Assembly: GCA_964106915.2 (NCBI GenBank) | Contig: OZ066918.1 | Direction: 5' to 3' (one strand) | DNA: 64,000 nucleotides | Source of the DNA: Podarcis gaigeae | Lineage: Eukaryota | In this document: piece by piece, positions 36,201-50,364 of the stretch | Layout of the letters: the number at the start of each line of letters is the position of its first letter | Numbering within the stretch: position 1 is the stretch's first letter | Made by a program: the position numbers and the translations under genes | The notes under the pieces: model-generated | What the model saw: only the letters and a program-made list of their open reading frames with translations | Database searches by the model: none | What the model was told of the DNA's origin: nothing

Positions 36201-37619
36201 TGTGTACCTGCTCTGTGCCTTCATGTGATGGTAAAATGACTGGGGTTTATGCACATTGCTAATTGAATTCACATTAACCACAGCATATATAAATCTCTCT
36301 GTATGTATGTATGCATGTATGTACATATTTTAAACACACCAATGAGGGGTGATGCACACTACAGTCACCAAAGGGAAAGGAATGTTGTTGAAAATATTAG
36401 CTGATATGACATGGAATTACTTTCCTTTGAATTGTGCTACTCCCATCAGACCTTTTTTTCTTCTAGAGAGAAATCTAAATGTGAGGTTAACTTTCTTCCA
36501 TAATGATAAACTGGAAATAAACAGCTTATTCAGCAGAAGGAAACAATGGACGATAGGGTGGGGGTGGGTGGGGGAGAAAGTTCCATGGGAATTGCTTTCA
36601 TCTCATGCTTGACATAAAAATCTTTAGAGAGCTAGTTACCCTTCTGAAAACAACACATGAAATGAGACTCAAGGCAGGATATTTTCATCCAGCTAGCTTA
36701 TGTTTACTCAAATGCACAAGGAGCTAGCAATCACCAATCTTCGTGAAATCATAAATATTTAATTTTGTCTAACTCCCTGCCTTCCTCTAGTTTTTTTTTT
36801 ATATTTTTCTTAACAGAATGCTGCTTTCTTCTGCTTTGCTTCATTTCATCTTTTGTTGCTTAAAGTCTGTTTGTGATGGGACTGTCGTTACAGGGAAGAT
36901 ACAGTCATTCATTAGAAAACAGCTTAACATTGCGACGCTCTGTTCTGTCTCGCCATGTAAAGCGATCTGAACTTCATTACCCAGTGATGTTTATATTTAG
37001 AGATGTCAAAATATTGAATGTAGTCTCATGCTTGATTTTTTTTGAAATAAAAATCTTGTAAGCCTGGCTGGGCAAGGGGCATCGTGCCAGACAAGGAAGC
37101 TTCATTTAATGACCAAACCATGACCTCATTTTGCTGGCGTAAGTGTAGATCAAAGTGGAAGATGCCTGTCCAGTGCAAAGCATGTTGCTGGGCCTGACAG
37201 CTCTTCACATCAAAATGACAGCTCAAGAATACGACAGCCAAAATTGCTTAATTATGTCCCAGCCTTGTAATTATTCATCCCTACTCCTGCAAAGAGCACA
37301 GTTGTCATTTCTTTGACATAATTATTTAGAGCTGTGCCCTTATTCTGTTCAAAGCTTGTACAGTAATACCGGAAGGACTTGGATGTTCAGCTGCAGGGTG
37401 GGCGTGGAGACAGAGAACAGAGAGAGCATCTATTTTGTGTATTTTACTGCGGAGTTCTCAAAAGAGGTAAAGCATGGGCTGAGCACCCGTGTACAAAAAG
37501 CTTCAATAAAATATTGGATTTTCCTCTTGTATACTGAAGGCAAAGGGGCTTTACATGTTCCGGAGAATTATGAATTTATCAAATCACTATTAACGTGATT
37601 ATATTTCTCCCATGAGAGA

Positions 37620-37793
37620 AGAACTGCAGCTTAGTACTAGAGCACATGGGAAATTCTCCAGCTCTGGTGCAGTCCCTGGCAACTCCAGCTGAGAGAGATT
37701 CTTGTTCAAAACTCTAGAGAGCTGCCAGTCAGTGCAGACATTAGTGATCTAGATAGACCACTGTTCTGACTCAGTATTAAGCAGGTTTCCATG
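37620..37793 (+). mobile_element. Squam3-like SINE, degenerate
   Basis: gagagctgccagtcagtgcagaca..ctagatagacca..ctgactcagtattaagcag matches the family 3' body. Confidence 0.65.
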
Positions 37794-37911
37794 AGTAATA
37801 GTACTCTGTTCCTTCCACTCAAAGGGTTAAAGCATGCATTCATATAAAATAGGGCCCCAGGCATACGTAATGTCCTCTGGATTGCATTCTGTGTTTATAG
37901 TAGTATAACTA

Positions 37912-38375
37912 CTAGCCAGACTGGTGACTGGGAGCAGCCGCCAATACCATATAACACCGGTCTTGAAAGACCTACATTGGCTCCCAGTACGTTTCCAAGC
38001 ACAAAGTGTTGCTGTTGACCTTTAAAGCCCTAAACGGCCTCGGTCCAGTATATCTGAAGGAGCGTCTCCACCCCTATTGTTCTACCCGGACACTGAGGTC
38101 CAGCACCGAGGGCCTTCTGGCAGTTCCCTCACTGCAAGTAGCCAAGTTACAAGGAACCATGCAGAGGGCCTTCTCGGGGGTGGTGCCCTCCCTGTGGAAC
38201 GCCCTCCCATCAGATGTCAAAGAGAAAAACTACCAGACTTTTAGAAGACATCTGAAGGCAGCCCTGTTTAGGGAAGCTTTTAATGTTTGATGTATCACAG
38301 TATTTTAATATTTTTTTGGAAGCCGCCCAGAGTGGCTAGGGAAGCCCAGCCAGATAGGCGGGGTATAAATAATAA

Positions 38376-38407
<32 letters not shown>
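37912..38407 (+). mobile_element. L2-clade LINE 3' end
   Basis: ARLVTG..HITPVLKDLHWLPVRF / VLLLTFKALNGLGPVYLKERL..QRAFS..PSLWNALP, followed by 3' UTR, AATAAA and (GTT)n tail. Confidence 0.9.
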
Positions 38408-39427
38408 AGTAGTAACACTGCTACTATAGAGAAGCTCTTCTAATGTGGAAACTAATACAACTGTGGCCTGTTCTCATACCCTCATGTCAGGGGCAAAGCA
38501 CTTCAGAACTGCTGGTGGTAGCTCCCATGATGGAATGCTCCATCCTCTCACAGACAATAAGGTTCCTATGCATTGCTATACATGTGCTAGCATAGCTGAG
38601 AGATGACTGACCTTGTATGCTTCCTCCCTCCCACTGCCGTCTAGTTTTCTGTGTGCAAGAAGTTTGGAAGCGGGAAAGAGTATTCCATCATGTGATGAAA
38701 TCACACTACTGCACCACCAACATATTTGGAGGTGAAATTTGCTTCCATAAAGGAAGCAAATGAATGCAAATGAACAGGGGGGGAAATGAGGGGTTGAGAG
38801 AAGAGGAATAAATACATAAATAATTGTGGTTATGTTCAACTCTCCTTCTCCTCAATGTACCCCTGCTGATAGCATACATGATTCTGAGCATCAGAATTGC
38901 CTCCATCATTGTCATGTGGCAAGCACTGACTGTACCATGAGGACAAGCAAGATTGGCTATTCAAGGATGACTTGTGTATGGGCTTTGACTTGTAGGGGTG
39001 GGGAGTTCGTTAAGTAGACTGTTGAGACCCCCAGCAATTGTAAAGTTTTCAAGTCTGCTGTGTAAGATAGGGGGGATTCTAGAACTACTCCTCTAGAAAT
39101 TAAGTCTCTGCCTTAGTACACATGCACATTTGCATTTATGCTTGCTCTTGGGCACCATTTCGTATGTTTCACCTGCTGAGGTATATTTTGAACTCTTGAT
39201 AACCTATTGGGTTATTATTATTAACAATAATTATACTCTTGGATTTTAAATGAATGAAGGGTATAGGCAAACTGAAACAGAAAAAGGACTTGCAATGTCA
39301 GGTGTTAAGATTTCTCAAATGTTTCCTTATGTTACAGACACTATTACATTATTACCGGTATGTCATGCAGGTAACTCACAACTTATACACATTTAGCTTG
39401 TGTGCATTCAGCAATGCGCTTGGCAAA

Positions 39428-39594
39428 NNNNNNNNNNNNNNNNNNNNNNNNNNNNNNNNNNNNNNNNNNNNNNNNNNNNNNNNNNNNNNNNNNNNNNNNN
39501 NNNNNNNNNNNNNNNNNNNNNNNNNNNNNNNNNNNNNNNNNNNNNNNNNNNNNNNNNNNNNNNNNNNNNNNNNNNNNNNNNNNNNNNNNNNNNN
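39428..39594. other. Assembly gap
   Basis: Run of N. Confidence 0.99.
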
Positions 39595-40651
39595 CGGGCG
39601 GAACTTTGCCAATCCCACCAGCCATTGAACCCAATATATTTTGACTGTACTCGATTTTGGCTCAAAGCACTATCCCTGAAACGTAAGCTCCCATAAGTTG
39701 AGAGTCGCCTATATTATTAATATTTTGAGCTGCGTTTAAAATTCATGCACAAGGCACTGTTCCAATGGATACAGTGGAGGCAAAATGATAGACTTCTGTT
39801 CTGTGATTGCATCCTTGTTGATTCAGTGAGTGTGTTAAAATTTCCACTTGTGCAATTGGGCTTCCTTGTCTTATTACATAACGTAAAAGTGAGGGCATTC
39901 CAAAGCGGGCGGGCCTCACTTGTGGTTTAGGGAAACCCACAAGAAAGTCGAAACTAGTGTAGAAAAACAAAACACTTTTCCTGTCTCTGCTGCAGATTCT
40001 GGTATTGCTCATAATAGTTTTCCTATAATCTTTTATATTTTATAAGTATTCCACCACAAAAATTCTGTAAGGTAATGGTAAAGGCAGGAGAAGTCGCTTG
40101 AAATGATCCCTGTGAAATCAGGAACTTGATTTGGAAAACAATTACCACATTTTCACCCTTTGCTTTTATTTCACAAGAATGGGCCACAAAAAGGGATGGG
40201 GGAAAGGTATGAAAGGGTATGTTGCACTTTATTGCTTTTAAATCTGGCTGATTCATTCGGGGCACTGCAGCAAAAATGTGCTAAACAGAAGGACTCTTTC
40301 TTCTAAGCAGCAATCAGTTTATGGGCCTAAGAACATTAAAAGAAAACTTAATATACAGTTCTGAACCCTAAGATAAATATATACATTTTTCCAACTCTTT
40401 ATGTCCTTTGTTACTGATATACATCTTGGAAGTTTGACTTCTGAGTATGAGCCTTCTGGCTTTTATCAGTGCCACTTAAATTAGGTATCAGGACACTTAA
40501 AGCAAAACTGGTATACAAAAGGAAAAGAGAACAGCTGGTATCCTTCCTGGGTTTTCTGTCTTTCCAGCTATTTTCACCAGCAGTGCCATGGCTGCTGGCA
40601 TATATGGATGGGGGAGAATAGTGTATGATAGGTGGGAATTGTGGTAAGGAT

Positions 40652-40739
40652 TTGTTGTTGTTGTTTAGTCGTGTCCGACTCTTCGTGACCCCATAGACCA
40701 GAGCATGCCAGACACCCCTGTCTTCCACTGCCTCCCGCA
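40652..40739 (-). mobile_element. Very short 5'-truncated BovB insertion
   Basis: Reverse complement of the BovB tail (LREAVEDR..W.ALV.GVTKSRTRL, (CAA)n). TSD GTGGTAAGGAT at 40641-40651 and 40740-40750. Confidence 0.9.
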
Positions 40740-41485
40740 GTGGTAAGGATAGGTCAGCACAATTGCAGAAGTTACAGCCAGCCAATAACTACGATTGTCA
40801 TGGTCTTACTTGGAAGTGTACCCAAAAATGACTCTGGCAAAGCTCTGTTTGGTTAAGGTAGAGGGGAGAGCATAAAAGAGAATGATCCTCAGTTCACAAG
40901 AGCAGGTCCCTTAGATTTTCAGCTCAGTGACAAAGACTGAGTTGGAGACTTTTATAGATGCTGGGGAGCATTCTCCTGCTTTTTCTGGCCTATTGGTCTA
41001 AAAAGGCATCTTTGGCAGGGGTGGTTTTTCTCCTTATTCGTTCCTCCTTTGACTACACTGCTGTTAGAAATAAATAAATAATACAACGACATGGACCATT
41101 AGGCTGAAATCATGATTTAATTTGTGCTGGAGCTCAGCACAGCTTCACCATGGTCAAAAATCTGTCTGTATTTAGAAGCTGTTTTAAAATGCTTTAAAGT
41201 CACCTTTTTAGATGCTGCTACTTTCAGACTTTTAGATCAGGGGTTCTATAGACCACTAGTGGTCCACAGCATGTCTGTAAAAATATAATTGAAAACCATA
41301 CAGCATCTAGTGCAGTACATTGGAATTGCTATGACAGAAAAAATATGAAGTAGTCCTAGGGTTGCCATATGTCTGGACATGTAGGTTTGGGAGTGCAAAA
41401 AGCTGTGCCCTGTCTCTCCTGGCACCACCTCTCCCGGTCCCAGCTCCCCTGTGCCAGGAAGCCAGGCGTCTCTGGCAACGCAGTA

Positions 41486-41718
41486 CAGTGGTACCTCTGG
41501 TTACGAACTTAATTCATTCCAGAGGTCCGTCCTTAAGCTGAAACCATTCTTATCCTGAGGCACGCTTTCGCTAATGGAGCCTCCCACTGCGCATGCGCCT
41601 TCCATTCGCAGTGTGCAATTTCCATTCGCATCCTGGGGCAAAGTTCGCAACCAGGGGCAGCTACCTCCGGGTTAGCGGAGCTCGTAACCTGAAGCATTTG
41701 TAACCAGAGGTACCACTG
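41486..41718 (+). mobile_element. Tigger/TcMar-like MITE
   Basis: TIR CAGTGGTACCTCTGGTTAC / GTAACCAGAGGTACCACTG with TA TSD. Confidence 0.9.
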
Positions 41719-41934
41719 TACCAGGGTTGCGCCAGCATTTCAAGAGCCCTTACGCTGCCTTCTCAAAATCAGGCAGGCTTTGGGAAGGTGGCAGGGAAGG
41801 TGTTCCTAGTACATGGGCAAATATGGGGCACAGAAGGGGCCCAGAGCAAGGCCTGGATGGCTTAAAGTGGTTCTGTGTATTGTGTAAAAAATACATAAGT
41901 ATCTCTCTCCTTACCTGGGCATCCTAACTCATGA

Positions 41935-41939
<5 letters not shown>

Positions 41940-41986
<47 letters not shown>
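41940..41986 (+). repeat. (GA)n microsatellite
   Basis: Direct inspection. Confidence 0.95.
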
Positions 41987-41991
<5 letters not shown>

Positions 41992-44900
41992 TTTCCAGTG
42001 GTCCATGGTGGGAGGAGGGGGATGTTTGGGAAACATTGATGCTGACAGTGACTCTTCCTCTTTTCTCAATAACCATAACCAACCCTCTAGATTTGTTTAA
42101 AGCTGCCATCCTTCATTTAATCTGGCCAAGTTGCTTCCTCCTAATAGTCTAAGGTATCTGCTGTGAGTTTAAGTGGTGCACTACAAAACTACAAGCCACT
42201 GTTTCCTTTTGCTGGTGTAAAGGATCACACAAGCCAGCAAGCCACAGTCTACTATCTAAAGGGAGTCTTCTCCTTTATCCAGTTTTCAGAAATTGACAGA
42301 GTGGGATTAAAATGTGTTATCTCATTAGGACAATATGTCTACCTACCAGCATAGGCACTATAACAGCCAGCATAAAATATGGCACCAGCTTATTCAGTTC
42401 TGATAGAAACTCTAAATGTTCCTGCTTCTACAAAACTCAAGAGCTAGACTTCCTACTTTATTTCTGTGAGTCATGGAATCAGGGTCCCCACCATTTGTAG
42501 CCATTAACACCATTTGTAGCCATTAACAGCCCCATTCTGCTTTTATGTCAGAGTCATAGGTGTTTAATCCTAAAACCTTGGCAATAATCCAACTTCTTTG
42601 TAATGATCTTCTGCCTTCCTACGGAACTTGGCTGTTTAAAATTACTGGAGGTTGCTTTCTCCAAAAGCTGTTTGGAATGTTTTTGTTAAGTGGTCACTGG
42701 AAGAGACTAAAATATGTCTGCCTTTTTGGAATTAGTTGGTAAATTTATCCCAGTGGATCTTTTCCTCACGGTACCAACTCTTCCCTCCCGTGAACTCCTA
42801 AGAATAAACTCAGTCGATTTTAGTATTTACTTTGATACCTTTTTTAAAAAAATCAACAATTAGAAATGATAATATTTTCTAACATTTCAGCCTCCCACCA
42901 GTTGTGTTGCAGTGAAATAAATGCCCTGTGGAGAGAAATGGCTTTTGAAGCAAAGACGGTGGCCCTCACTGTTGGTGCTGCTTCAGACATGTCCTTAGAA
43001 GGCAGAGAAAAGCCACCAGGAGTGATGGAGAGGGTGGCATCGGCCTCCTAACAACAGCACTGCATGTTCTTAACAGGACAGGGTGGGGTAGAGTAGGGTG
43101 GCAGCAAGGTGGGGGGACACAAGCACATCTGTGGAGCCAATCAAATACTCCTGCTGCTGCCAGATCACTTTGCCTTGGCCTTGCTCTCATCTCATCCTAG
43201 TGCTCCATGCCCTGCTGGCCAACAATGCATGCCAGTGTTGTTAATGGTAAGCCATCCAACACAAATTGAGAAATGGCCACCTGTTTGGAGGCAATATTTA
43301 TACCCATATTTTTTTCCCCTAATAACTTTTGACTAAGTGCTAGGAAAAAACCAAAACAGTTCCTTTTGGCTCCAAGATATGCACATTTAAAAACAACAAC
43401 AACTCATTCTCAATGCATTAATTTGATGGAGCTAAAAATTTGGGATTTTTTTTTTTTAATGTTTAATTGTTTTCCAAGGTTGAGTGGCATTCTGTTATGC
43501 ACACAATAATCTTGAAATTAATCACTTTGGTGGGTGAAAGTGTGGCAAGGACATAAAGAGCCAGTGACTTGCTTTTCTGGATCTCAGGAAGCGGTTAGCA
43601 TAATTGGATCTTGTTGGTAGCTGTCAACAGCCGATAGATATGGGACAATTTTATTTGGTGAAAGTTCAATAAGACAAATTGCATTGCAGACTTCCAGCCT
43701 AATCTTGAGAATCACTACAATGGCAAAATACATGCTGAGGTTGGGACATTACTGACTGCTGTGCCACTGCGTTGTTTTTTTAATTGCATGTAAGTGTTGC
43801 AAAGGCATTTTGCTTCAAATATCAACTAGCTCAAATGAAGATCAGAATGTACATTTGTGGACATAAAGTACAGGATCTATATATTGGTGCTCAATCTAGA
43901 ATTTGTTTTTTTGGTGTTATATTTCACAAAATGTTGACCCTAGAAGGCTAAAACGGAATGATGTAGAGTAAGTTTTTTTACATGGTTTAGAGAGAGGTAA
44001 GTTAATCACCATTGTATTCTGATGCTTTTGAAAGATGGAATCACTTTCCTTTTGATAAATTTATTTTAAAAATCCTGGAAAACTGCATTTTAAAGAAAAG
44101 TAGATGTGAATATAAAGCTCCCTCATGTTTTGTGAGAATTACTATTGAAGGAGCGCTGCTGTTGACTTAAATCTTAGCACAAGAAGCTTTGAGCAGAATC
44201 TCTTTAGATTTTACTATAAAATGTTATGGAGCATGGGTGTTTGCTTTCTTGTTATCAGTGCCAAAACAACAATCTGAAATGACCTTTATGTTGGTATGTT
44301 GATGTACTTGGCTCATCAGCTGGCCAAAGTGGTATGAATGCATTTATTATGTCTCATTTGCTGTGGTGCTGAGATGTGACCCACTACTCTGGTCTTACAA
44401 AATAATATCATTGGTCTATTTAGATGGCACTAGGGATGGGCAGTGAGGTGAAAATTATTTAGGATGGTGAAAACCAAAAGCGTCTATGAAGGGCACTGAA
44501 ATATTTCTCCAAACTGGGAAATGGACAAGAAAATGACAAAGGCTGCTCAGTGTGAGATAATAATAAAACAATGAATATTGTGGCAAAATGATCCTAATGT
44601 CACATATGTCCTGTTGCGATCTGAATAAGTGCTGACCAGCCAGGAAAGAGAACATGGGTGTGTGTGAGGGGATAGTTCATTGTAAATGTCAACCTAGTCT
44701 GTGGCAGCTGTGATGTGAAAAGTGATTAAATAAGAACAACAGCTTTAGTACAGTTCTGTCCTCACTGCCTTGGCAGTGGCTTTCCAAGTTTTCAGCTAGA
44801 GGTCTTTCGAAGTCCTGCTGACAGATCATTTTCCACTGGAGATGGTGTGGAACGAGCCCAGGCCAGAAGTCTGTGTGAGGCATCGTCAGGGAAATGCCAT

Positions 44901-46365
44901 GGCTCTGGAGCCCAGCCTGGCTGCTTAGAAACACCATTTGAAATTCCCCACAATGGCCAGTGCCTGTGATTGGGGCCAATTGTGTGGAAAGTTCCAGTAG
45001 CTGCTCACTGATGTTACTGCTTGTCCCTTTGATGTTCAAGCTGATACCTGGTACCCTCACTAGGGTCCAGCAATGTCAGGGGGCAGGCTGTACTTTGCCT
45101 GGGGCCTAATCCAGCCCTACTGGAACCTTTTACGTGGAAACAGGAAAGAACAGATCAGTCTATCGGGTCTGTATGAATTTCATCAGGACATTCTGTCCCT
45201 TTTCCACATTAAACTCTGGGTTGTTGTTTTAAAAAGCTGTATGAAAATTCATATTTAAACGCATTCATATATGTGTATTTTATCACAGAATGCATGTTTA
45301 AATGAAAGCATTTCATAACTTTTTTTATCCTAAAAACTCATTTTAATGGAATTCAGGTAGGGAAATATTTGAGAAGTGAATAGTTATATTGTGATCCATG
45401 TGCTTGTCCAAGGGGTATAAATTAGATCATCTCGCTTTTGAAAAATTGCCCAAATGAAATGCTCCTCCAGCCCTTCTGTGCCTCCTCTTTATGAAATGGC
45501 CTCCATTTCATGGACCAGTGAAGGACTTTAGTTGCTGGTGACTGCTGGTCAACTAGTTACTGGTACACTGGTACACTAGTTGCACTGGTATTGATGGCAG
45601 TTCAACCCCTCCCCCTACTCTTCCATTTTCATTGTGGTGGATTTTACAGAATTAGGTAGTGTGATATTAATACAGAGATTATTAGATTATTATAAGTAGT
45701 AGTGTTTGAATTTATATCCTGCCTTTCCTCCAGGGTTTAGGTAACGGGGGATTTTAAATAAATGTATAAATGAATGAAGCATTTTGTCAGGAGAAACTTT
45801 TTTTTTTTTAATGGATTTTTGCCCTGCCCAGGCTATTTATTCGGTGTACCTGTAACCAGAGTGTGTGTTTATTGGATGTGCAACCATCATATGTTCATGC
45901 ACATGTATTATTATTACCCACGTCATGAAGATATCATAACCCAAGTATAAGATTGGTTACTTCTTCAGTTTGCTGAAATGTAATTTTTCGTGGAGTTTGA
46001 CAAGAGTTGCAATCTATAGTTCTTCCTCCTCCTGAGGAGTTTACTATAGGGTATCTAAAGTATTAAATTGCTACTGCTTTTGTGTTTCTAATATATAGTC
46101 TGAAAATTAATGGATACGAGTCATCCTTTTCTGTTCAGTATGCCAGAATTTCTGTTTCAGCCAGGAATTATTTTACATAGGTTTAAGGGAAAAGAAGAAA
46201 GGAAGTAAATACTGTGCTTTAAAAATTAAAATAAAACCTGGAGACTCTTTCTTCTCCTCCAGCATTGCATGGATAAATGTACAAGTTAGATCACATAACT
46301 GCTACAAACAGTTCACTGTGTAGGCCAAATGCTTTCTAATGCACTAAAATTAAGAAATAATGTGC

Positions 46366-46633
46366 NNNNNNNNNNNNNNNNNNNNNNNNNNNNNNNNNNN
46401 NNNNNNNNNNNNNNNNNNNNNNNNNNNNNNNNNNNNNNNNNNNNNNNNNNNNNNNNNNNNNNNNNNNNNNNNNNNNNNNNNNNNNNNNNNNNNNNNNNNN
46501 NNNNNNNNNNNNNNNNNNNNNNNNNNNNNNNNNNNNNNNNNNNNNNNNNNNNNNNNNNNNNNNNNNNNNNNNNNNNNNNNNNNNNNNNNNNNNNNNNNNN
46601 NNNNNNNNNNNNNNNNNNNNNNNNNNNNNNNNN
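46366..46633. other. Assembly gap
   Basis: Run of N. Confidence 0.99.
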
Positions 46634-47042
46634 TACATGCAATAAAACATAAACCTTAGAAAATAGCTTTTTATTAAAACAGTTAGACAGTTGGCAGCTG
46701 TGTTGTAATGTAATAAATTCTTGAAGCCAATGTGGATTTATCAGTCATTGTTTACATTGCGAGCAATTTGGACCAGACAACTAATTAGAACTGAAGACCA
46801 AAGGTCATAAAAAGAATTCCTACTATGTCCAGTCAATTGAGAACTTGTTTGGCAAACTTATAAAAATTTTACTAGATAGCTCATTTTGATATAGTCATTC
46901 TGCAGTATGTCTCTTTGAACACATCTATACCACATGGCTTCTAATTTGATTCTGACAGGTACTAAACAAATTTAACACAAGCGATTGTGCAATATAGAAA
47001 GAGTTACCAAGTCCAAAACAGATACCTTAACATGACTAACAC

Positions 47043-47149
47043 CAGCCTCCCCCAACCTGTTGCCCTCCAGAGGTTTAGGAATACACCTATCAAGGATGAT
47101 TAGAACTGTAGTCCAGAACATCTGGAGGATGCCAAATTGAGGAAGACTG
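47043..47149. mobile_element. Palindromic MITE, degenerate
   Basis: cagcctcccccaacctg..ccctccaga / tctggagg..ttgaggaagactg. Confidence 0.6.
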
Positions 47150-47619
47150 TCCTATGCAGATGTTTATTCATAATAAAGGAATGTTGGCATATGGAGATGT
47201 AATAGCCCTGGAATTACAGAAAAATGCCCTTCTCTAGTTGTTTTCAGATGGTGTTCTAGAGAGCCTTTGAGTTCTTCCATGAGTAGATCAGTGATGATAT
47301 ATAGTAGGGGTACCCAGCATGGTGCCCTCCAGATGTTGTTGCACTAAAATCCCCATCATCCCAGATCTTGTTATTCTTCTTACTTTGATTTATTACCTGC
47401 CCTTATGGTGCACATTAGCTATCCCTAATGTCCAAGCTTCCTGGAAAGGCAGCTTGCTAGCTGTTACTGACCTTCTCCTTCAGTGTGCAGCCACATTCTC
47501 TGCCTGCCTTCTCATAGTCAGTCTCTTGAAGCACAGTTTCACTATTATTCTGGCACTGAAGCCAAGCTGGAAGAAGAGTGTCTTTGGGTAAGGGAATATG
47601 TGAAGGGGAGAGGGTTCAG

Positions 47620-47788
47620 CAGTGGCGTAGCGTGGGTTGTCAGCACCCGGGGCAAGGCAAGTAATTTGCACCCCCTAACCCGTGGATTTGCACCCCCTAA
47701 CCCATGGATTTGCGCCCCCTAACCCTAACCCCCAGATGTTGCGCCCGGTGCGGCTGGCCCCCCCTGTACCCCCCACGCTACGCCACTG
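47620..47788. mobile_element. Young hAT MITE with internal 22-bp tandem repeats containing CCCTAA
   Basis: Perfect 17-bp TIR CAGTGGCGTAGCGTGGG / CCCACGCTACGCCACTG. Perfect 8-bp TSD GGGTTCAG (47612-47619, 47789-47796). Confidence 0.92.
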
Positions 47789-49377
47789 GGGTTCAGGCCC
47801 TCTCACCTGCATGTTCCTTTATAGTATGATCAGATGGTATGCAAAGTTTGTTAAATATATTTCCCCCATGATAATTTGAGAGAATTCCATCTTGTTATGC
47901 ACATATGTGCTAGATATGTGGTGCTTTAATCTTTCAGACCAAAACACCTTCATCCTCTGAACGAGACATGTATGAAAAAGCAAAAACATCTGCGCTCTGA
48001 TAATAGTTTGTCATGCTTCCTATTCTTTACTCCTGCAAATACCCAGAGCAAAGTATACACACACGAGAGTGACAGTTTATATAGCTGTAAAACTTCAACA
48101 CCCATGATCCAGTGCAGCTGTGAATGAAACACACATGCATTTTTTTAAAAAACCAAACCAAAAAAACACCCCAACAAAGGCCCTTATTTAAAGTGAGGAA
48201 TGGAGGATAATGAACGAATTGGCACACAAGCAGAAACTGCCAACATTCAAATTAGCAGCTGGGGTCTCCATGGAAATCTGCAGCTCAAGGTCAGGAAATG
48301 GTTCCTTAAAACAGAATTCCACCAGCAGGTTTTGAACTTGCCTAGATAGGTTGTTTTCAAAAGGTTTTCTACAAAAACGATACTTTAACATTGCATCTTT
48401 GTGGTTCTAGAAGCTTGAATAAAAGTCTACCGTGATATTGCCGAGTGTATTTCAAAAGCTAAGCTTTGTCTTCCAGAATTATGGGTCCCCTAGAGCATCC
48501 AGAAAATTATTAACAGCATGTAATCCAGCTCAGTGTGAATGTGTCTTTAGTCTGTTAGCCAAATCTTTACATAATACAAATCATTCTACCTATAAAAGCA
48601 CAAATATGTTATTGTTCTCAACAGGCAATTTAATGCAACTATAGGGAGGAGAATAAGAGAAAAGAAGATTACAAGCTAGCTGATCGTGTTTTTATTTCTC
48701 TCTTAAATCTCTCTACATTTCTCTGTGGTTATACTTGTTTAAAGATTGTATGCAACTGTGCTGTCTACATGATTTGGAAAGCAAATCAGACTAAATATGA
48801 AGTTTCAATGGGTGCACTTTTTAAGGGATTTGATACGTTTATTGCAAATATACATTTTCCCTAGAGCAAAGCTGAACCTATAATTTTTGTTTCTTGTGAG
48901 TTTTTGGTAGGTTTAAAATTTTGCTCATTTATACTTGCTATCCTGTTGTGCCATTCTATTCACAGAAGAGCTATTAAAGTTAATTATTCTCTGGGCCCTT
49001 TTCTGTCAAAGGATAATATTGGAGTTAACAAAAAAGATGTATTTATTGGTTAGGGGGGAAAACCCCACACCATTCTGTTGAAATAATGCATGGCTGCCTT
49101 TTGTAAATGAAGCTTCTTGACATGTTGACAGGTCAGAAATCAGGTGTGATGAGTGCTAAACGGAATGAAACTTCAAATTTAACAAATAATTCTGATGAGT
49201 ATGAAGTGAGCTTTTAGAAACTCATTTTCTGAACTTTTAAGCCCCAAATGTAGTTTTACTGTTTTACTTTTAGAATAAATTTATACCATTTTGTTTCCTT
49301 TCTCATGCCCTGGTCTCTGGAATGCAGTCATAAAGCTATCCTTATTGAAATGGGAGAAATTATTTAAGGAGGTTGTA

Positions 49378-49708
49378 AAGGAAAAGGGATCCCTGACCGT
49401 TAGGTCCAGTCGCATACGACTCTGGGGTTGCGACGCTCATCTCTCTTTACTGGCCGAGGGAGCCAGTGTACAGCTTCCGGGTCATGTGGCCAGCATAACT
49501 AAGCCACTTCTGGCGAACCAGAGCAGCACACGGAAATGCCGTTTACCTTCCCGCCGGAGCGGTACCTATTTATCTACTTGCACTGCATGCTTTTGAACTG
49601 CTAGGTTGGCAGGAGCTGGGACTGAGCAACGGGAGCTCACCCCATCACAGGGATTCAAACCGCCAACCTTTTGATCGGCAAGCCCTAGGCTCTGTGGTTT
49701 AACCCACA
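49378..49708 (-). mobile_element. Sauria SINE (Squam1)
   Basis: SINE body. TSD GAGGTTGTA (49369-49377, 49709-49717). Confidence 0.92.
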
Positions 49709-50364
49709 GAGGTTGTAGTCCTCAGCTAATAGGATATGTGGAAAATTATGATGATAATGGAACAATCAAAAATACATTATGCACAGTGCTAGCCCAAGAC
49801 ATTTTGCCAGCTTGTAGAATCCAAATGGTGCCGCCACCCCAGTGCCACTGCATCATTCAAACACCAATGTTTTGTCCCACAGTAATCTAATCTTTGGTGT
49901 ACTTTTGTCACTGCAAGCTTCAATCTAAACATATTGGAAAAGGCTATCATGGGCCGATCCAACATGTGGTAGATAAATTAAGGCAACCATACCAAATTCA
50001 GTAATCTCAGGGGTCATTACTTTGAGCCAATTCTTGGGATCAGTTAATGTTACCGTTCCTAACTTTACAAGCTTTATCAGTAGACCAGTACGCCTAACTC
50101 CACTGACAAATGAATGCATTCATGTAGTAACAAAATTCTGTAAATCATTGCTGATGGTCATTTCATGCAGAAAAGCAATAAAATCTGCTTTATACTTGAT
50201 TTTGTCAATAGGTCTTTACAAAATTGAGTAGAATATTATAATTAAAATGTAAAATCGTATTGTTGGAAGAGGCATTATAGGACACCTTGCCATCTCCCCG
50301 ATTGATGTAGCTAAAGTATCCCTAACAGGTCTACCTGAGGAACTCTAGCAAGCATGATGCTGGT

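Noticed and set aside
14570-46659. Long ORFs containing X runs (near 14.6, 19.0, 39.4 and 46.3 kb)
   Set aside because: Artefacts of translating N gaps.
47664-47735. CRISPR-like or true telomeric array
   Set aside because: Units are tandem without spacers, and lie inside a TIR/TSD-bounded eukaryotic MITE.
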